A stretch of 64,000 nt of DNA from Candidatus Velthaea sp. (GCA_965214935.1 CBDCCS010000018.1:288001-352000); one strand, 5' to 3'; positions 1-10,705 are shown, numbered from the stretch's first letter. Notes: a model not told the origin generated them from the sequence alone. Program-made: numbers and translations.

Positions 1-2
1 CG

Positions 3-1820
3 TACGAACGCGTTCGCAGTCTCGTGCTTGAAATGGCCGTTCGGAACGAACCGCTTCGCACGCAGTTGGCACGCATCGTCTTACTGCTCAAAGACGTTAT
101 TCCGGGAAGCCTCGGAACCGTCATGCTCGTCGCGGACGACCGGCTGCACGTTGCGGCCGCTGACCCGGAGGTACCGCGCGACTATCTGGCGACCATCGAC
201 GGTGTGCGCTATGGACCGCAAGTCGGCTCGTGCGGCACCGCCGTCTATCTTCAAGAACCGGTTATCTGTACGGATATCGAGTTGGACGCTCGTTGGAACG
301 GCTATCACGAAGCGGCGTTAGCCGCCGGGCTGCGCGCCTGCTGGTCGATTCCATTTTTTTCAACCGACGGCGTCGTGCTCGGAGCGTTTGCGCTTTATGC
401 AAAGCAGTCTCACGCGTTGGCTCTGAGCGCCGAGCAACGCGGATTATTCGAGGAGACGGTTCGGTTTGCGGCGCTCGTCGTTGGACGTCATCTCGATCAA
501 GAACGGCTGCGACGAATGGCGATGTACGACGCGCTGACCGACCTCCCGAACCGAACGGCGGTCGAAATCGAGCTTCGCGCCGCTATCGAACGCGCCCAAC
601 AAAGCGGCACGACCGTCGGCGTCGGCGTGCTTGACATCGATCGCTTTAAAGCAATCAACGATGCTTTCGGACATTACATCGGCGACCGGCTTTTGCAAGC
701 CATCGGTGGGCGAATGCGCTCATCGTTAGCTGCCGGAAACACGATCGGGCGCATGGCGGGCGATGAGTTCATCGTGGTCTTTCCGGATCTGCGCGATCCG
801 GCCGACGGCACCCGAGCCGCACTGCACTTGCTCGACGAGTTCAGCACGGCGTTCACTGTCGAAGGCTACGAAATCGTGGTTCGGCCGAGTTTCGGTATCG
901 CATTCTATCCGGCGTTAGCAACGCAGCCCGCGAGTCTCATACAAGCTGCCGACAGGGCGATGTACGCTGCGAAAGCGCACGGCGGCGGGCTCGAACGGGC
1001 GACTGTCGGCGCCGACGACTCGGCGCTGCGTTTACTGGATCTCGAACGCGATCTCCGTTACGCTCTCGAGCGCAACGAACTCGGACTCTACTATCAGATG
1101 ATGTATGCCGTGCACGACGGACATCCGGTCGGCGCCGAGGCGCTGTTGCGCTGGAATCATCCCCGACTCGGCGTCATCGAGCCGGCCGATTTCGTACCGC
1201 TGGCAGAAGCAAACGGCACAATCATTGCCATCGGGACTTGGGTCATTCACGAGGCGGCTCAAACCGCTCGGCTCTGGCAGGACGCCGGTCGCGATATCTT
1301 CATGGCGGTCAACGTCTCAGCGCTGCAATTCGACGCACCGGGTCTCTATGAAACCGTCGTCGACGTCTTGGAGCGCTATGGCCTCGAGCCATTCCGCTTG
1401 CACTTGGAGCTGACCGAGTCGCTGCTCATGCGCAATCCGCATGTCTCGGCGGCCACGCTCGCTCAACTCAAGACGCTCGGCGTTCGAATTGTCGTCGACG
1501 ATTTCGGCACCGGCTACTCGAGTCTGGCCTATTTGCAGCGCTTTCGCTTCGACGCTTTAAAAATCGACCGCGCTTTCGTGCGCGGTCTTCGCGACGGTTC
1601 GATGCACGACCGCAGCGAACACATCGTTGCAGCCGTGGTTGCGCTCGGCACGGCGCTAGGCGTCGCTACGATCGCCGAAGGTGTGGAAAACGCCGACCAG
1701 TACGATTTTATTCGCTCGTGCGGCTGCACGACCGTTCAGGGATATTTCTGCGCGCGGCCGGTGCGCGCCGCCGATGTTTCATGGCGATCCGCGGAGCCGC
1801 CGGTGTTTCGTCGGGCGTAG
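3..1820 (+). CDS. GAF-GGDEF-EAL protein (diguanylate cyclase/phosphodiesterase), probably 5'-truncated by the window edge
   Basis: GAF motifs GSCGTA and LRACWSIP; YDALTDLPNR and RMAGDEF; GAEALLRW and DDFGTGYSSL. The frame is open from position 3. Confidence 0.92.
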   Translation, partial: YERVRSLVLEMAVRNEPLRTQLARIVLLLKDVIPGSLGTVMLVADDRLHVAAADPEVPRDYLATIDGVRYGPQVGSCGTAVYLQEPVICTDIELDARWNGYHEAALAAGLRACWSIPFFSTDGVVLGAFALYAKQSHALALSAEQRGLFEETVRFAALVVGRHLDQERLRRMAMYDALTDLPNRTAVEIELRAAIERAQQSGTTVGVGVLDIDRFKAINDAFGHYIGDRLLQAIGGRMRSSLAAGNTIGRMAGDEFIVVFPDLRDPADGTRAALHLLDEFSTAFTVEGYEIVVRPSFGIAFYPALATQPASLIQAADRAMYAAKAHGGGLERATVGADDSALRLLDLERDLRYALERNELGLYYQMMYAVHDGHPVGAEALLRWNHPRLGVIEPADFVPLAEANGTIIAIGTWVIHEAAQTARLWQDAGRDIFMAVNVSALQFDAPGLYETVVDVLERYGLEPFRLHLELTESLLMRNPHVSAATLAQLKTLGVRIVVDDFGTGYSSLAYLQRFRFDALKIDRAFVRGLRDGSMHDRSEHIVAAVVALGTALGVATIAEGVENADQYDFIRSCGCTTVQGYFCARPVRAADVSWRSAEPPVFRRA

Positions 1821-1846
1821 TGCACCGGCGAACCCGGCAGTTTGTG

Positions 1847-3673
1847 TTAGGCAAAAACCTTATCGCGTTTACGGTTACGTAAACGGTCGGTTTCGTTGAG
1901 CATGCGTTTACGGATGCGGATCGACTTCGGCGTTATTTCGACGAGTTCGTCATCTTCGATAAACTCGATCGCGCGTTCGAGCGACATCTCTTCGGGCGGC
2001 GAAACTTTCGTGCTGTCATCGGAGCCCGACGCGCGCATGTTCGTCAGCTTCTTTGCCCGCACGACGTTGATCGCGATATCTTTATCGTCGTTAGCGCGGC
2101 CGACGACCATTCCTTCGTAAACATCGACTTGCGGGCCGACGAAGAACCGGCCACGCGATTCGAGTCCGACCATCGCATACTCGGTCGTAACACCGGAATC
2201 GCTGGCAACGAGCGCACCGTTCGAACGGCCCGGGATCGAACCGGCAAGCGGCTGATGGTCGTAGTATGTGTGCGACATAACCGCCGTCCCGCGGGAAAGC
2301 GTCAATAACTCGCCGCGCAAACCGAAGATCGCGCGGGTCGGCATCGTATATTCGAGCCGGCGAGAATCGCCGACGGTGATCATATTCGACATGATTGCGC
2401 GCCGTTTTCCGAGCGACTCGATGACCGGCCCGGCATACTCTTCCTGAACGTCGACGACGACATATTCAACCGGTTCCATTTTTACGCCGTTGCGTTCGCT
2501 AATGATTACTTGCGGCTTGGAAACGGCGATCTCGTAGCCTTCGCGCCGCATCGTTTCGATCAGAATCGACAGATGCAATTCGCCGCGGCCGCGAACCTCG
2601 AACGTATCGGCGCTGTCGGTATCTTCAACGCGCAAAGCGACGTTTGATTCGAGTTCGCGCATCAACCGCTCGCGAATCTGTCGCGAGGTAAGAAACTTCC
2701 CTTCTTTACCTGCGAAGGGCGACGCATTCACCATGAAATACATCGAAACGGTCGGCTCGTCGATCGCGACGGCGTTGAGTCCCTCGGGCGTCGCTGAATC
2801 GGTGATCGTATCGCCGATATTGAGTCCTTCGATACCTGAGACGCAGATGATATCGCCGGCCCCGGCCTCCTCGACGTCGACGCGATCGAGACCCGCAAAC
2901 GTCAGCAATTTCGTTAGGCGCAAGCCGCTCTCGACATCGCCCGCGCGATCGACCTTGGCAATCGGCGCATTGAGCTTGGCCGTGCCGCGGAAAATCCGTC
3001 CGATGCCGATCCGGCCGACGTATTTATTGTGGTCGATCGCGGAGATGAGCATCTGAAAGCCGCCGTCTTCGGCCGGCGCTTCCGGAACCGATTTGGCGAT
3101 CGTTGCAAACAGCGGTTCGAGATCGACGCCGGCTTCTTCGAGCGTATATTGCGCGATACCGGCGCGGCCGTTGGTATAAACGACGGGAAACTCCGACTGC
3201 TCGTCGCTGGCACCAAGTTCGATAAACAGGTCGAACACTTCATCGACGACTTCTTGTGCGCGCGCATCTTTACGATCGATCTTATTGATCACGACGATCG
3301 CGCGTAAATCGAGTTCGAGCGCTTTACGCAACACGAATCTCGTTTGCGGCATGACGCCTTCGGCTGCATCGACGAGTAAGACGACGCCCTGTACCATCTG
3401 TAACACGCGCTCGACTTCACCACCGAAATCAGCGTGACCGGGCGTGTCGACGATATTAAATTTCAAGTCGCCGTGACGAACAGCGGTATTTTTTGCCAAG
3501 ATCGTAATGCCGCGTTCTTTTTCTAACGGGTTGGAATCCATCACGCGCACTTCGGTTGCTTGACCTTCGCGGAAAACACCGCTCTGCTTGAGCATTGCAT
3601 CGACGAGGGTCGTTTTACCGTGGTCGACATGGGCGATGATGGCGACGTTACGGATATCGGCTCGGGTTCTCAC
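1847..3673 (-). CDS. typA: Translational GTPase TypA/BipA
   Basis: [41 protein letters not shown]-terminal [16 protein letters not shown]. Confidence 0.98.
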   Translation of the reverse strand: MRTRADIRNVAIIAHVDHGKTTLVDAMLKQSGVFREGQATEVRVMDSNPLEKERGITILAKNTAVRHGDLKFNIVDTPGHADFGGEVERVLQMVQGVVLLVDAAEGVMPQTRFVLRKALELDLRAIVVINKIDRKDARAQEVVDEVFDLFIELGASDEQSEFPVVYTNGRAGIAQYTLEEAGVDLEPLFATIAKSVPEAPAEDGGFQMLISAIDHNKYVGRIGIGRIFRGTAKLNAPIAKVDRAGDVESGLRLTKLLTFAGLDRVDVEEAGAGDIICVSGIEGLNIGDTITDSATPEGLNAVAIDEPTVSMYFMVNASPFAGKEGKFLTSRQIRERLMRELESNVALRVEDTDSADTFEVRGRGELHLSILIETMRREGYEIAVSKPQVIISERNGVKMEPVEYVVVDVQEEYAGPVIESLGKRRAIMSNMITVGDSRRLEYTMPTRAIFGLRGELLTLSRGTAVMSHTYYDHQPLAGSIPGRSNGALVASDSGVTTEYAMVGLESRGRFFVGPQVDVYEGMVVGRANDDKDIAINVVRAKKLTNMRASGSDDSTKVSPPEEMSLERAIEFIEDDELVEITPKSIRIRKRMLNETDRLRNRKRDKVFA

Positions 3674-3682
3674 AACCCACGG

Positions 3683-3711
3683 AGTATACCAAAAAAAAGA
3701 AAGGCTGGCTA
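3683..3711 (-). promoter_or_regulatory. Putative sigma70 promoter of typA (near-leaderless)
   Basis: Minus strand reads TAGCCA-17 nt-TATACT with an extended TGn. It ends 9 nt before the GTG start, and there is no Shine-Dalgarno. Confidence 0.55.
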
Positions 3712-3715
3712 CTGA

Positions 3716-4441
3716 TTAACGGCCGAAGCGCCGTTGGCGGCCGGCGAACGCCGCAAGCGCGGCGTCAAAGGCGTGACCGTCAAATTCGGGCCACGGCGTT
3801 TGCGTCGACCACAATTCGGTGTAAGCGCACTGGTAAAGTAAAAAGTTGGAAAGCCGTAACTCGCCGCCGGTTCGAATTAAAAGATCCGGATCGGGCAGAC
3901 CGGCCGTCGTCAGCTTCGCGGCGATCGCATCATCGTTAATTGCATCCGGCGCGAGCTTGCCGTCGGCGACGTCTTTGGCCAGCGCCCGGACGGCGTCGCA
4001 CAGTTCGCTGCGCGCGCTATAGTCGATCGCGATATTGAACAGCATGCCGGTCGCCGCCGCCGTACGCGCTTCGAGTTCGGACAGCGCATCGCGAACGCTG
4101 CGCGGCAAGCGGTCCCGTTTGCCGATAATGCGGGCGCGTACGTTCGCACGCAACAACTCTGCGGCTTCGCGCCGCGCGAACACGCGCGCCAAATCCATGA
4201 GCAGCGCAATTTCGTCGCTCGGCCGCCCCCAATTCTCTTCGGAAAACGCATACACCGTGAGCACGTCGAGGCCGGCCCGCCCCGCGGCCGCGACCGTTTG
4301 TTGCAGCGCACGAACGCCGCGCCGGTGGCCTTCAATCGCCGGCAGACCGTGAGCGAGCGCCCAGCGGCGATTGCCGTCCATAATAATGGCGACGTGCCGC
4401 GGCGCGACGCTCGTCAGCGGTGCTTCGAGCTGGTGAATCAT
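3716..4441 (-). CDS. uppS: cis-prenyltransferase (UppS family)
   Basis: [50 protein letters not shown]. Confidence 0.93.
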   Translation of the reverse strand: MIHQLEAPLTSVAPRHVAIIMDGNRRWALAHGLPAIEGHRRGVRALQQTVAAAGRAGLDVLTVYAFSEENWGRPSDEIALLMDLARVFARREAAELLRANVRARIIGKRDRLPRSVRDALSELEARTAAATGMLFNIAIDYSARSELCDAVRALAKDVADGKLAPDAINDDAIAAKLTTAGLPDPDLLIRTGGELRLSNFLLYQCAYTELWSTQTPWPEFDGHAFDAALAAFAGRQRRFGR

Positions 4442-4821
4442 CCTTGCGGCACCCAGGCGGATGCAGCACTCTGCGCATGCGAACGGTCGTGGACGGCGCG
4501 AACGACCGCTTCGAGTTCATCGATATAACTTAGAAACCGCTTGCGGCCCGAAGGCGTGATGCGTACGATCGTCACTGGCCGGCCGTTACCGCGCAAGCGT
4601 TGCAGACTAACGACGCCGACGTCGGCTAACGCATGCAGATGCCGATTGAGGTTGCCGTCCGTTAACCCGCACGCATCTTGCAAGTCGGTAAAGCGCATTC
4701 CGGCGTCGCTGGCGACCAGACACGTGCACACGGCAAGCCGGCCGCGTTCGTGAAAGATCCGCTCGAGTCCGGAGTAAGCAAAAGGTGCGTCGTTATCCGA
4801 GTTCATGTCGCTGGTCATCAC
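4438..4821 (-). CDS. Winged-helix transcriptional regulator
   Basis: IFHERGRLAV, FTDLQDACGLTDGNLNRHL, ITPSGRKRFLSYIDELE; stop overlaps the uppS start. Confidence 0.85.
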   Translation of the reverse strand: MMTSDMNSDNDAPFAYSGLERIFHERGRLAVCTCLVASDAGMRFTDLQDACGLTDGNLNRHLHALADVGVVSLQRLRGNGRPVTIVRITPSGRKRFLSYIDELEAVVRAVHDRSHAQSAASAWVPQG

Positions 4822-5401
4822 GTAAAACGAGTGCTCCGATGAGAAGTTGCCCGATGCCGAACGTTGCGGGCATCACCCACCAGCGCAACGCACTGACGTC
4901 CTGGGCGAAAAGCAAGGCGGTTCCGGCCGCGCCGAACAAGCCTGCGACGGCGAGTACGCCGCGCGGCACCATCGCGCGCGACGCGATGAGGCCCATGGCG
5001 TAACAAACGCACCATACCCCCGGCAGTAGACCGAACAGGTGACGGTGCATCAACGCCAGCGTCAGCAACCCGCCGGTCATAATCGCCGGCGCGATCGTCA
5101 TCCCGACGGTCCGCAGTTCGACCCGCGCGCGTAGCGTCCAATTGCGAGCAAGCCACAGAACGATCGCGCCGTAATTTACGACCAGCGCAAAGATCAGGCA
5201 GGCCAGCCACATCGTGACGTAACGCGCTGCGTCGACGGCCGAAAGCGGATAGGGAAGGGTGAGAAACTGATAGACGCCGATCGTTACCGCGGCGCTTCCG
5301 CTGATGATTGCGGCGCCGCCGGACCAACCGCGAAAGCGCTGGACGGCAACGAGCCGGCTGCGAACTTCCGCGAGATCGGCCAGTGCTCGAGACACTTCCA
5401 T
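4793..5401 (-). CDS. Multi-pass membrane protein, first gene of the wHTH/uppS operon
   Basis: About six hydrophobic segments; overlaps the next gene. Confidence 0.8.
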   Translation of the reverse strand: MEVSRALADLAEVRSRLVAVQRFRGWSGGAAIISGSAAVTIGVYQFLTLPYPLSAVDAARYVTMWLACLIFALVVNYGAIVLWLARNWTLRARVELRTVGMTIAPAIMTGGLLTLALMHRHLFGLLPGVWCVCYAMGLIASRAMVPRGVLAVAGLFGAAGTALLFAQDVSALRWWVMPATFGIGQLLIGALVLRDDQRHELG

Positions 5402-5406
5402 CTTTC

Positions 5407-5423
5407 ACTTTGTATCACAAAGT
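5407..5423. promoter_or_regulatory. Palindromic operator candidate
   Basis: Perfect inverted repeat ACTTTGT-ATC-ACAAAGT, 5 nt upstream of the ATG at 5401. Confidence 0.7.
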
Positions 5424-5428
5424 TAATT

Positions 5429-7138
5429 GTGGCGCAAGCGTTTCGAGGGTCTCGAAGCCATCCGAAGAACGAGCCCTGCTCTGTGTCCGGACCCCATCTT
5501 TCGACTTGGCATTTGCCTCTGCGCACGTGGCAAACCGCTGCCGTCGCGCGCTGGCAGACGAGCCGTCCGGCTGATTCGCTCATCGTCGCGACGCCCGGCG
5601 CCGGCAAAACACGCTTCGCCGCTCGGCTCTCGCATGCGTTGCTGGCGGAACGGAACGTCGAACGGGTCATCGCCGTCGTGCCGCGCGAGCATCTCAAAGC
5701 ACAAGTGGCGCGCGCGATGGCCGAAGCCGGCATCGTTCTCGACCATCACTTCAACAACGCGGCCGGCGTGCTGGCCGCGGACGTTCACGGCGCGGCCGTC
5801 ACCTACCAGCAGATCGCCGCAGCACCCGGCGTGTATGCCCGGCTCGTCGCGCAAGCCGGTGGCCGCATCGCCGTTTTGCTCGATGAAATCCATCACGCCG
5901 GCGATCAGGCGTCGTGGGGAACCGCGCTGCGCGACGCGTTTGGCCGTGCCGCCTATCGCATCGCACTTTCCGGCACGCCCTTCCGATCCGACGGAACGCC
6001 GATTCCCTTCGTCGACTACCACGCCGGTCTGTCCGTCGCCGCTTTCACTTACGACTATGCCTCGGCGTTGCGGGACGGCGTTTGCCGCGCGCTGGTCTTT
6101 CCGCTGCACGGCGGTGAAGCCCAGTGGATCAGCCGCGACGGCGAAGCAATCACGGCATCGTTCGAGACGGGTTTAGGGCGGCGGCATGAGAGCGAACGGC
6201 TGCGAACGGCGCTCACCCAGCCGAATTGGGTCGGCGACGTGCTGCAGAAAGCGCATCTGCGTTTGCTGGCGGTGCGCGCCGCCGGTCAGCGCGATGCCGG
6301 CGGACTCGTGGCGGCCATGAACCAGGAACACGCGCACTTTATCGCCGGTCTGCTCGAGCGCCGGACCGGTGTCAAGCCGGCGATCGTCGTATCGGACTTC
6401 GAAGACGCGTCGCTCCGCCTCACGGCGTTCGCCCGTTCGCGCGAACCTTGGATCGTGGCCGTTCACATGGTCTCCGAAGGCGTCGATATTCCACGTTTGC
6501 GTGTCGGCGTCTTCGCCACGAACGTCGTCACCGAGATGTACTTCCGCCAATTCTGCGGGCGTTTCGTGCGGACGTCCGGCCTGCATGGCGACGAGCGCGA
6601 AGCGTATGTCTTCGTGCCGGACGATCCGCGTATCCGCGCGTTGGCCGCCCGCATAACCGATGACGTCCGGACCGGACTCAAAGAGCGGGACGACCGGCCG
6701 GAGCCGATCGAATTCGATCCGGCGCAACGGCGCCACGCTGCCGGCGACGACGGCCTGTACGCATCGATTGCGGCCAACGCGACGGAGAGCCGGACGCTCG
6801 ATTTCGGACCGCTCTTCAATCCCGCAGCGCGGTTACCCGAGCCGGCGGTGCGATCCGGTGTTGGCGCGCCGACCGGTACGACTTCGTCGCCTTCGACCCG
6901 AGCGACGCCGCCGGTGGTGCTCACGCATAGCGAACGCAAGGAGTCGCTGCGCAAGGCGGTCGCGGGCCTGGTCTCACACGTGAGTTCGACCTTCGGCGTC
7001 GACCATAAGCTCGTTCACGCAACCTTGAACCAACGCTGCGGCGGACCGGTCGCCGGCGCGACTGCCGCCGAACTCGAACAGCGTCGCAGGCTGATCATGC
7101 AATGGCTGGCACGCCGAGTTTACGACGGACTGCGTTAA
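5429..7138 (+). CDS. Superfamily II DEAD/DEAH-box helicase (true start may be slightly downstream)
   Basis: LRTWQ, ATPGAGKT, LLDEIHH, LSGTPFRSD, MVSEGVDIPRL, QFCGR. Confidence 0.9.
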   Translation: MAQAFRGSRSHPKNEPCSVSGPHLSTWHLPLRTWQTAAVARWQTSRPADSLIVATPGAGKTRFAARLSHALLAERNVERVIAVVPREHLKAQVARAMAEAGIVLDHHFNNAAGVLAADVHGAAVTYQQIAAAPGVYARLVAQAGGRIAVLLDEIHHAGDQASWGTALRDAFGRAAYRIALSGTPFRSDGTPIPFVDYHAGLSVAAFTYDYASALRDGVCRALVFPLHGGEAQWISRDGEAITASFETGLGRRHESERLRTALTQPNWVGDVLQKAHLRLLAVRAAGQRDAGGLVAAMNQEHAHFIAGLLERRTGVKPAIVVSDFEDASLRLTAFARSREPWIVAVHMVSEGVDIPRLRVGVFATNVVTEMYFRQFCGRFVRTSGLHGDEREAYVFVPDDPRIRALAARITDDVRTGLKERDDRPEPIEFDPAQRRHAAGDDGLYASIAANATESRTLDFGPLFNPAARLPEPAVRSGVGAPTGTTSSPSTRATPPVVLTHSERKESLRKAVAGLVSHVSSTFGVDHKLVHATLNQRCGGPVAGATAAELEQRRRLIMQWLARRVYDGLR

Positions 7139-7189
7139 AAACATGAGCGCCGAGAGGCTGCGGGCGTGCGGCGTCGATATGACGATGAC

Positions 7190-8542
7190 GTGAGCATGAC
7201 GATCGCCCGAGCGGGACAGCCGAGTGCCGCGGAGCGCGCAGCCGCAGGCAAAGCGCTGCGTGAGGCCGTTCCGCGCTCGAGCCATTCGGCGTGGGTGACC
7301 GTGCCCAACCGGTCGCAGGCGCTACGCATCATCGCCGATTCCAGTCATGGCCGGGTCGACCATCTCATACCACTGCGCAACGCGCGTATGGCCGAATCGG
7401 CCTTTGCATTTTTCCGCGGCAGCGCCGGGGTGATGGCCGCCGATCTTGCAACGACCCCGGCCACCGGCGTGAGCGTTCAAATCGGCGGCGACGCGCACTG
7501 CCTGAATTTCGGGGCCTTCGCCACGCCGGAACGGCGGCTTATTTTCGATCTGAACGATTTCGATGAAACCCACAGCGGACCGTGGGAATGGGACGTCAAG
7601 CGGCTCGTCGCCAGCCTCGTCCTCGCAGCGCGGTCGATTCGCCTCAAGGATTCCGGCGCAAACCTTACTGCGCTGGCGGCGGTACGTGCGTATCGTTTGA
7701 AGATGATCGACTTTGCTGCAACGTCGGCGCTCGATACCTGGTACGCGCATATCGATGCCGCCCAAGTCTCGTCGGGCGATTCAGACGAGCGGCGCAAACG
7801 CCGGCTAATCGTCGACCACGCGCAGGCCCATTCGATGCAAGCTGCGCTCGAGCGATATACGGTACCCGGCCCCGCTGGACGGCATTTTGTCGACGAGCCG
7901 CCGCTCCTGTATCATCCGAACGGCAAAACCGACGGCGGATTCGATGTCGAGCGCGTGTTTGCAACGTATAGCGGCACGCTTGCGCGCGAAATTCAAGTGC
8001 TTTTCGGTCGCTATCGGCTGGTCGACCATTCGGTCAAAGTCGTCGGTGTCGGCAGCATCGGGACGCGCTGTTCGGTTGCGCTGCTTCACGCCGATGCGCA
8101 AGATTATCTCATCTTGCAGATAAAGCAAGCTCAGGCGTCGGTGCTCGAACCATATTGCGGACCGAGCCCGTTTGCCAATCACGGTGAACGCGTCGTGTTC
8201 GGTCAACGTCTCATGCAAAGCGCAAGCGATGCGTTCCTAGGCTGGGGCACATCGGGCGAACATGATTACTATGTCCGCCAATTTAAAGATAAAAAGGGCT
8301 CCGTCGATATCGGAGCTATGGACGGCTACGGGCTACGCGATTATGCGGAGATGTGCGGCAGAGCGCTGGCCAGCGCTCACGCGCGGTCGGGCGACGCCGT
8401 ACGAATTGCTGCATATCTCGGCAAAAGCGACGTATTCGATAAAGCTATCGTCCGCTTCGGCTTGCTCTATGCGGGTCAAGCCGAAAGCGATCACGAGACA
8501 TTCGTTGCCGCGATCGACGCCGGCCGCATCCCGGTGGGCTAA
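7190..8542 (+). CDS. DUF2252 family protein (kinase-like fold)
   Basis: RMAESAFAFFRGSA, GDAHCLNFG, FDLNDFDE, WEWDVKRL, KVVGVGSIGTR. Confidence 0.9.
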   Translation: MSMTIARAGQPSAAERAAAGKALREAVPRSSHSAWVTVPNRSQALRIIADSSHGRVDHLIPLRNARMAESAFAFFRGSAGVMAADLATTPATGVSVQIGGDAHCLNFGAFATPERRLIFDLNDFDETHSGPWEWDVKRLVASLVLAARSIRLKDSGANLTALAAVRAYRLKMIDFAATSALDTWYAHIDAAQVSSGDSDERRKRRLIVDHAQAHSMQAALERYTVPGPAGRHFVDEPPLLYHPNGKTDGGFDVERVFATYSGTLAREIQVLFGRYRLVDHSVKVVGVGSIGTRCSVALLHADAQDYLILQIKQAQASVLEPYCGPSPFANHGERVVFGQRLMQSASDAFLGWGTSGEHDYYVRQFKDKKGSVDIGAMDGYGLRDYAEMCGRALASAHARSGDAVRIAAYLGKSDVFDKAIVRFGLLYAGQAESDHETFVAAIDAGRIPVG

Positions 8543-8546
8543 ACGT

Positions 8547-8569
8547 CCGGCGTTCGCAGCGAAAGCCGG
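8547..8569. terminator. Hairpin between convergent genes
   Basis: CCGGC-G-TTCGC-A-GCGAA-A-GCCGG inverted repeat; no clear U-tract. Confidence 0.35.
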
Positions 8570-8749
8570 TTAACTCAGACCGGTAATCACGCCGTAGCGG
8601 CGGGCCAGCGCCCGGCGCTCATCATCGAAGCGGGCGCGAATCTTCTCAGACTCCACGATGGCGGCTTTACCGAGATTCTCGCTTTCGCGCTCTTTACGGG
8701 CTTTGTCGGCGGCTTTCACGGCAAGCGCCGAAATCTTTTTTTCGCTCAT
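8570..8749 (-). CDS. Small charged helical hypothetical protein, 59 aa (below the ORF-track cutoff)
   Basis: Manual translation MSEKKISALAVKAADKARKERESENLGKAAIVESEKIRARFDDERRALARRYGVITGLS*; fills the gap in operon orientation. Confidence 0.65.
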   Translation of the reverse strand: MSEKKISALAVKAADKARKERESENLGKAAIVESEKIRARFDDERRALARRYGVITGLS

Positions 8750-8803
8750 CGAATCTTCATTGACCGTCGGCCCGATTCAACCCCCTTGCGGCGAGCAACC
8801 GGC

Positions 8804-9874
8804 CTATTCTCGGCCGCGCTCCGGGCGCAGTTGCGGCAGTCCCTCGCGGTCAAGCGGTGTGCCGACGAGAACTTGCACGAAGAGGGAATAGCTTACGACG
8901 CCCGCCGCAACGCGGTTCGCCCGCAAAAACTTATCGTAGACGAACCACTGCGCGACGAAAACGCGCGGATCGTAATAGCGCAAAAAGCGCGTCCGGGCGG
9001 CGTTGAGGTCGGCGCGCACGAGCGGCGAGATCGGCAATCGCTCGCGGTCGGCGTCGGGCAGAAAACCGTAGGCCCAAAACAGCCCGGAGTACCGGATGAG
9101 CGGATCGCCGGAGCGCAGCGTCGTCAGCGCGGCGATGAGGTTCGCATCGCTTTCGTCGCCGAAACCGGCGACATGACCCCACTCATGGGCCAGCGCGAAC
9201 GGCCGCTCGAACGGTAAGAAGTTCCCGTTGAGTAAGGTTTCGTAAGCGAAGGGATCCCATTGCCCGCCGATGCCGGCCATGCCGAACCAGCGATCGAAGA
9301 TGGTTTGCTTCGGGCGTGACAACTTGACGTCGTAACGGTCGCCCAGCCGGCGCACAACGGGTTCGAAGGCGTTCGCAAGCCGTGCTTCCAGGACGTTTTC
9401 GGATTCGACATCGGCGTGGGCGGGCAGTACCGTGGCGTTGAGTTGACGCACGATCGTCGCGCTGAAAGCACTGACGCTCTGCGGTGAAACGCGAGCCCGG
9501 TTATAAGCGATGCGTCCGACGATCGGCACGCGGCGGTAATTGAGCGCCCACGCCGCGTCGAACCAAAGGACGGCAACGGCCGCCACCGCGGCGGTCCGCA
9601 ACGCAATGCGTGCGAGTCGCCGTACGGCCGGATCGGGATAGCGGCGCCAGCCGGCGATCCAGTAAACGCCCAGTCCGCCCAGTATCGCAATGAGAATGCA
9701 ATCGCCGAGCGACACCGGTACGGCATTGGCAAGCGGGACGAACGTTCGTGCCAACGCCGGGTAGATGCCGTTGGCGTAACCGTTTTCGAGCCAGCGTGCG
9801 TCGATCGGTACGACCTGCAAGACGAGTGCGAGCGCGATGAGCCCGACGTCGGGGCCGTAGCGCCGGACGATCAT
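8804..9874 (-). CDS. DUF3810 family membrane-anchored zinc metalloprotein
   Basis: N-terminal TM helices, WALNYRR, AHEWGH..GFGDESDANL. Confidence 0.82.
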   Translation of the reverse strand: MIVRRYGPDVGLIALALVLQVVPIDARWLENGYANGIYPALARTFVPLANAVPVSLGDCILIAILGGLGVYWIAGWRRYPDPAVRRLARIALRTAAVAAVAVLWFDAAWALNYRRVPIVGRIAYNRARVSPQSVSAFSATIVRQLNATVLPAHADVESENVLEARLANAFEPVVRRLGDRYDVKLSRPKQTIFDRWFGMAGIGGQWDPFAYETLLNGNFLPFERPFALAHEWGHVAGFGDESDANLIAALTTLRSGDPLIRYSGLFWAYGFLPDADRERLPISPLVRADLNAARTRFLRYYDPRVFVAQWFVYDKFLRANRVAAGVVSYSLFVQVLVGTPLDREGLPQLRPERGRE

Positions 9875-10689
9875 GCAAAAATCAGCGTCGACATCGCGCC
9901 GGTACGGATGAACCCGGCCCGTTCATACAGCCGAATCGCGTCCTCATTGAAGTCGTTGACGTACAGTGATAACGTCGGGTTTTCCGTCAATAAGCGGCTT
10001 GCAATCTGCCCGAGTGCTGCGAGCGCATAACCGTGCCGGCGGACGGGCGGCGGCGTCCAGACGCCTTGCAACTGCGCGGTCAGGCCGGTGCGCGCCCCGA
10101 CGTTAAGTTGAAAGCGGAGTTCGCCGGCTTCGATCCAGACCCACCAGTGTCCAAGCGCGATCGCGCGGCGAATCGCGGCGGCGAAGCCGGAGCGATTGAA
10201 ACGCGGATCGTAGCCGAGTTCGGCAAGCATCATCAATGCGGAATTTTCGAGGACCAAGTCGAGATCTCCGGACGTTGCTTGCCGCACGCCGGCGGCCGGC
10301 GCAGGCCTGCGCGTTGAAGCCGAAAGGACGTAGACCGGTTGACAGGTGCGGGCGAGGACGGGCGGCCGGTGCCACTCGCAGACGCGATGCCATAGCCGGT
10401 CGACGCACGATTTTGCTCCGACGAAGCTGCGCAATCCCGGATGGCGGCGTGCCTCGAAAGCGAAAGCGTCGACCGCTTCGTCGGAGTCGGCGGCTATGAC
10501 GAGTTGCGTTCCGAAATAGACGACACCCCGGACGGCACCGCCGGCATCGCGAAACATGTAGGCGTCGTCGAGTGCCGTTAGGCCGTGGCCGCCCTCGAGT
10601 ACCCATTGCAGATACGTGTTCTCATACGGCCGCCGCGCAACGTACGCTATCGCGTCGGCACACGTCGTGCGCGTGAGCGGTTCGAGCAG
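9871..10689 (-). CDS. GNAT acetyltransferase (DUF4081-like N-terminus); probable CTG start
   Basis: QLQGVWTPP..RRHGYA, LSLYVNDFNEDAIRLYERAGF. The frame is open 44 codons upstream of the track ATG (10557), to a CTG preceded by GGAG. Confidence 0.8.
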   Translation of the reverse strand: MLEPLTRTTCADAIAYVARRPYENTYLQWVLEGGHGLTALDDAYMFRDAGGAVRGVVYFGTQLVIAADSDEAVDAFAFEARRHPGLRSFVGAKSCVDRLWHRVCEWHRPPVLARTCQPVYVLSASTRRPAPAAGVRQATSGDLDLVLENSALMMLAELGYDPRFNRSGFAAAIRRAIALGHWWVWIEAGELRFQLNVGARTGLTAQLQGVWTPPPVRRHGYALAALGQIASRLLTENPTLSLYVNDFNEDAIRLYERAGFIRTGAMSTLIFA

Positions 10690-10705
10690 ATGTGTCTCCG
10701 CGCGG

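Noticed and set aside
5429..8542. Helicase plus DUF2252 as a possible defence system
   Set aside because: Both are widespread stand-alone families; there is no nuclease or methylase partner, and composition matches the host
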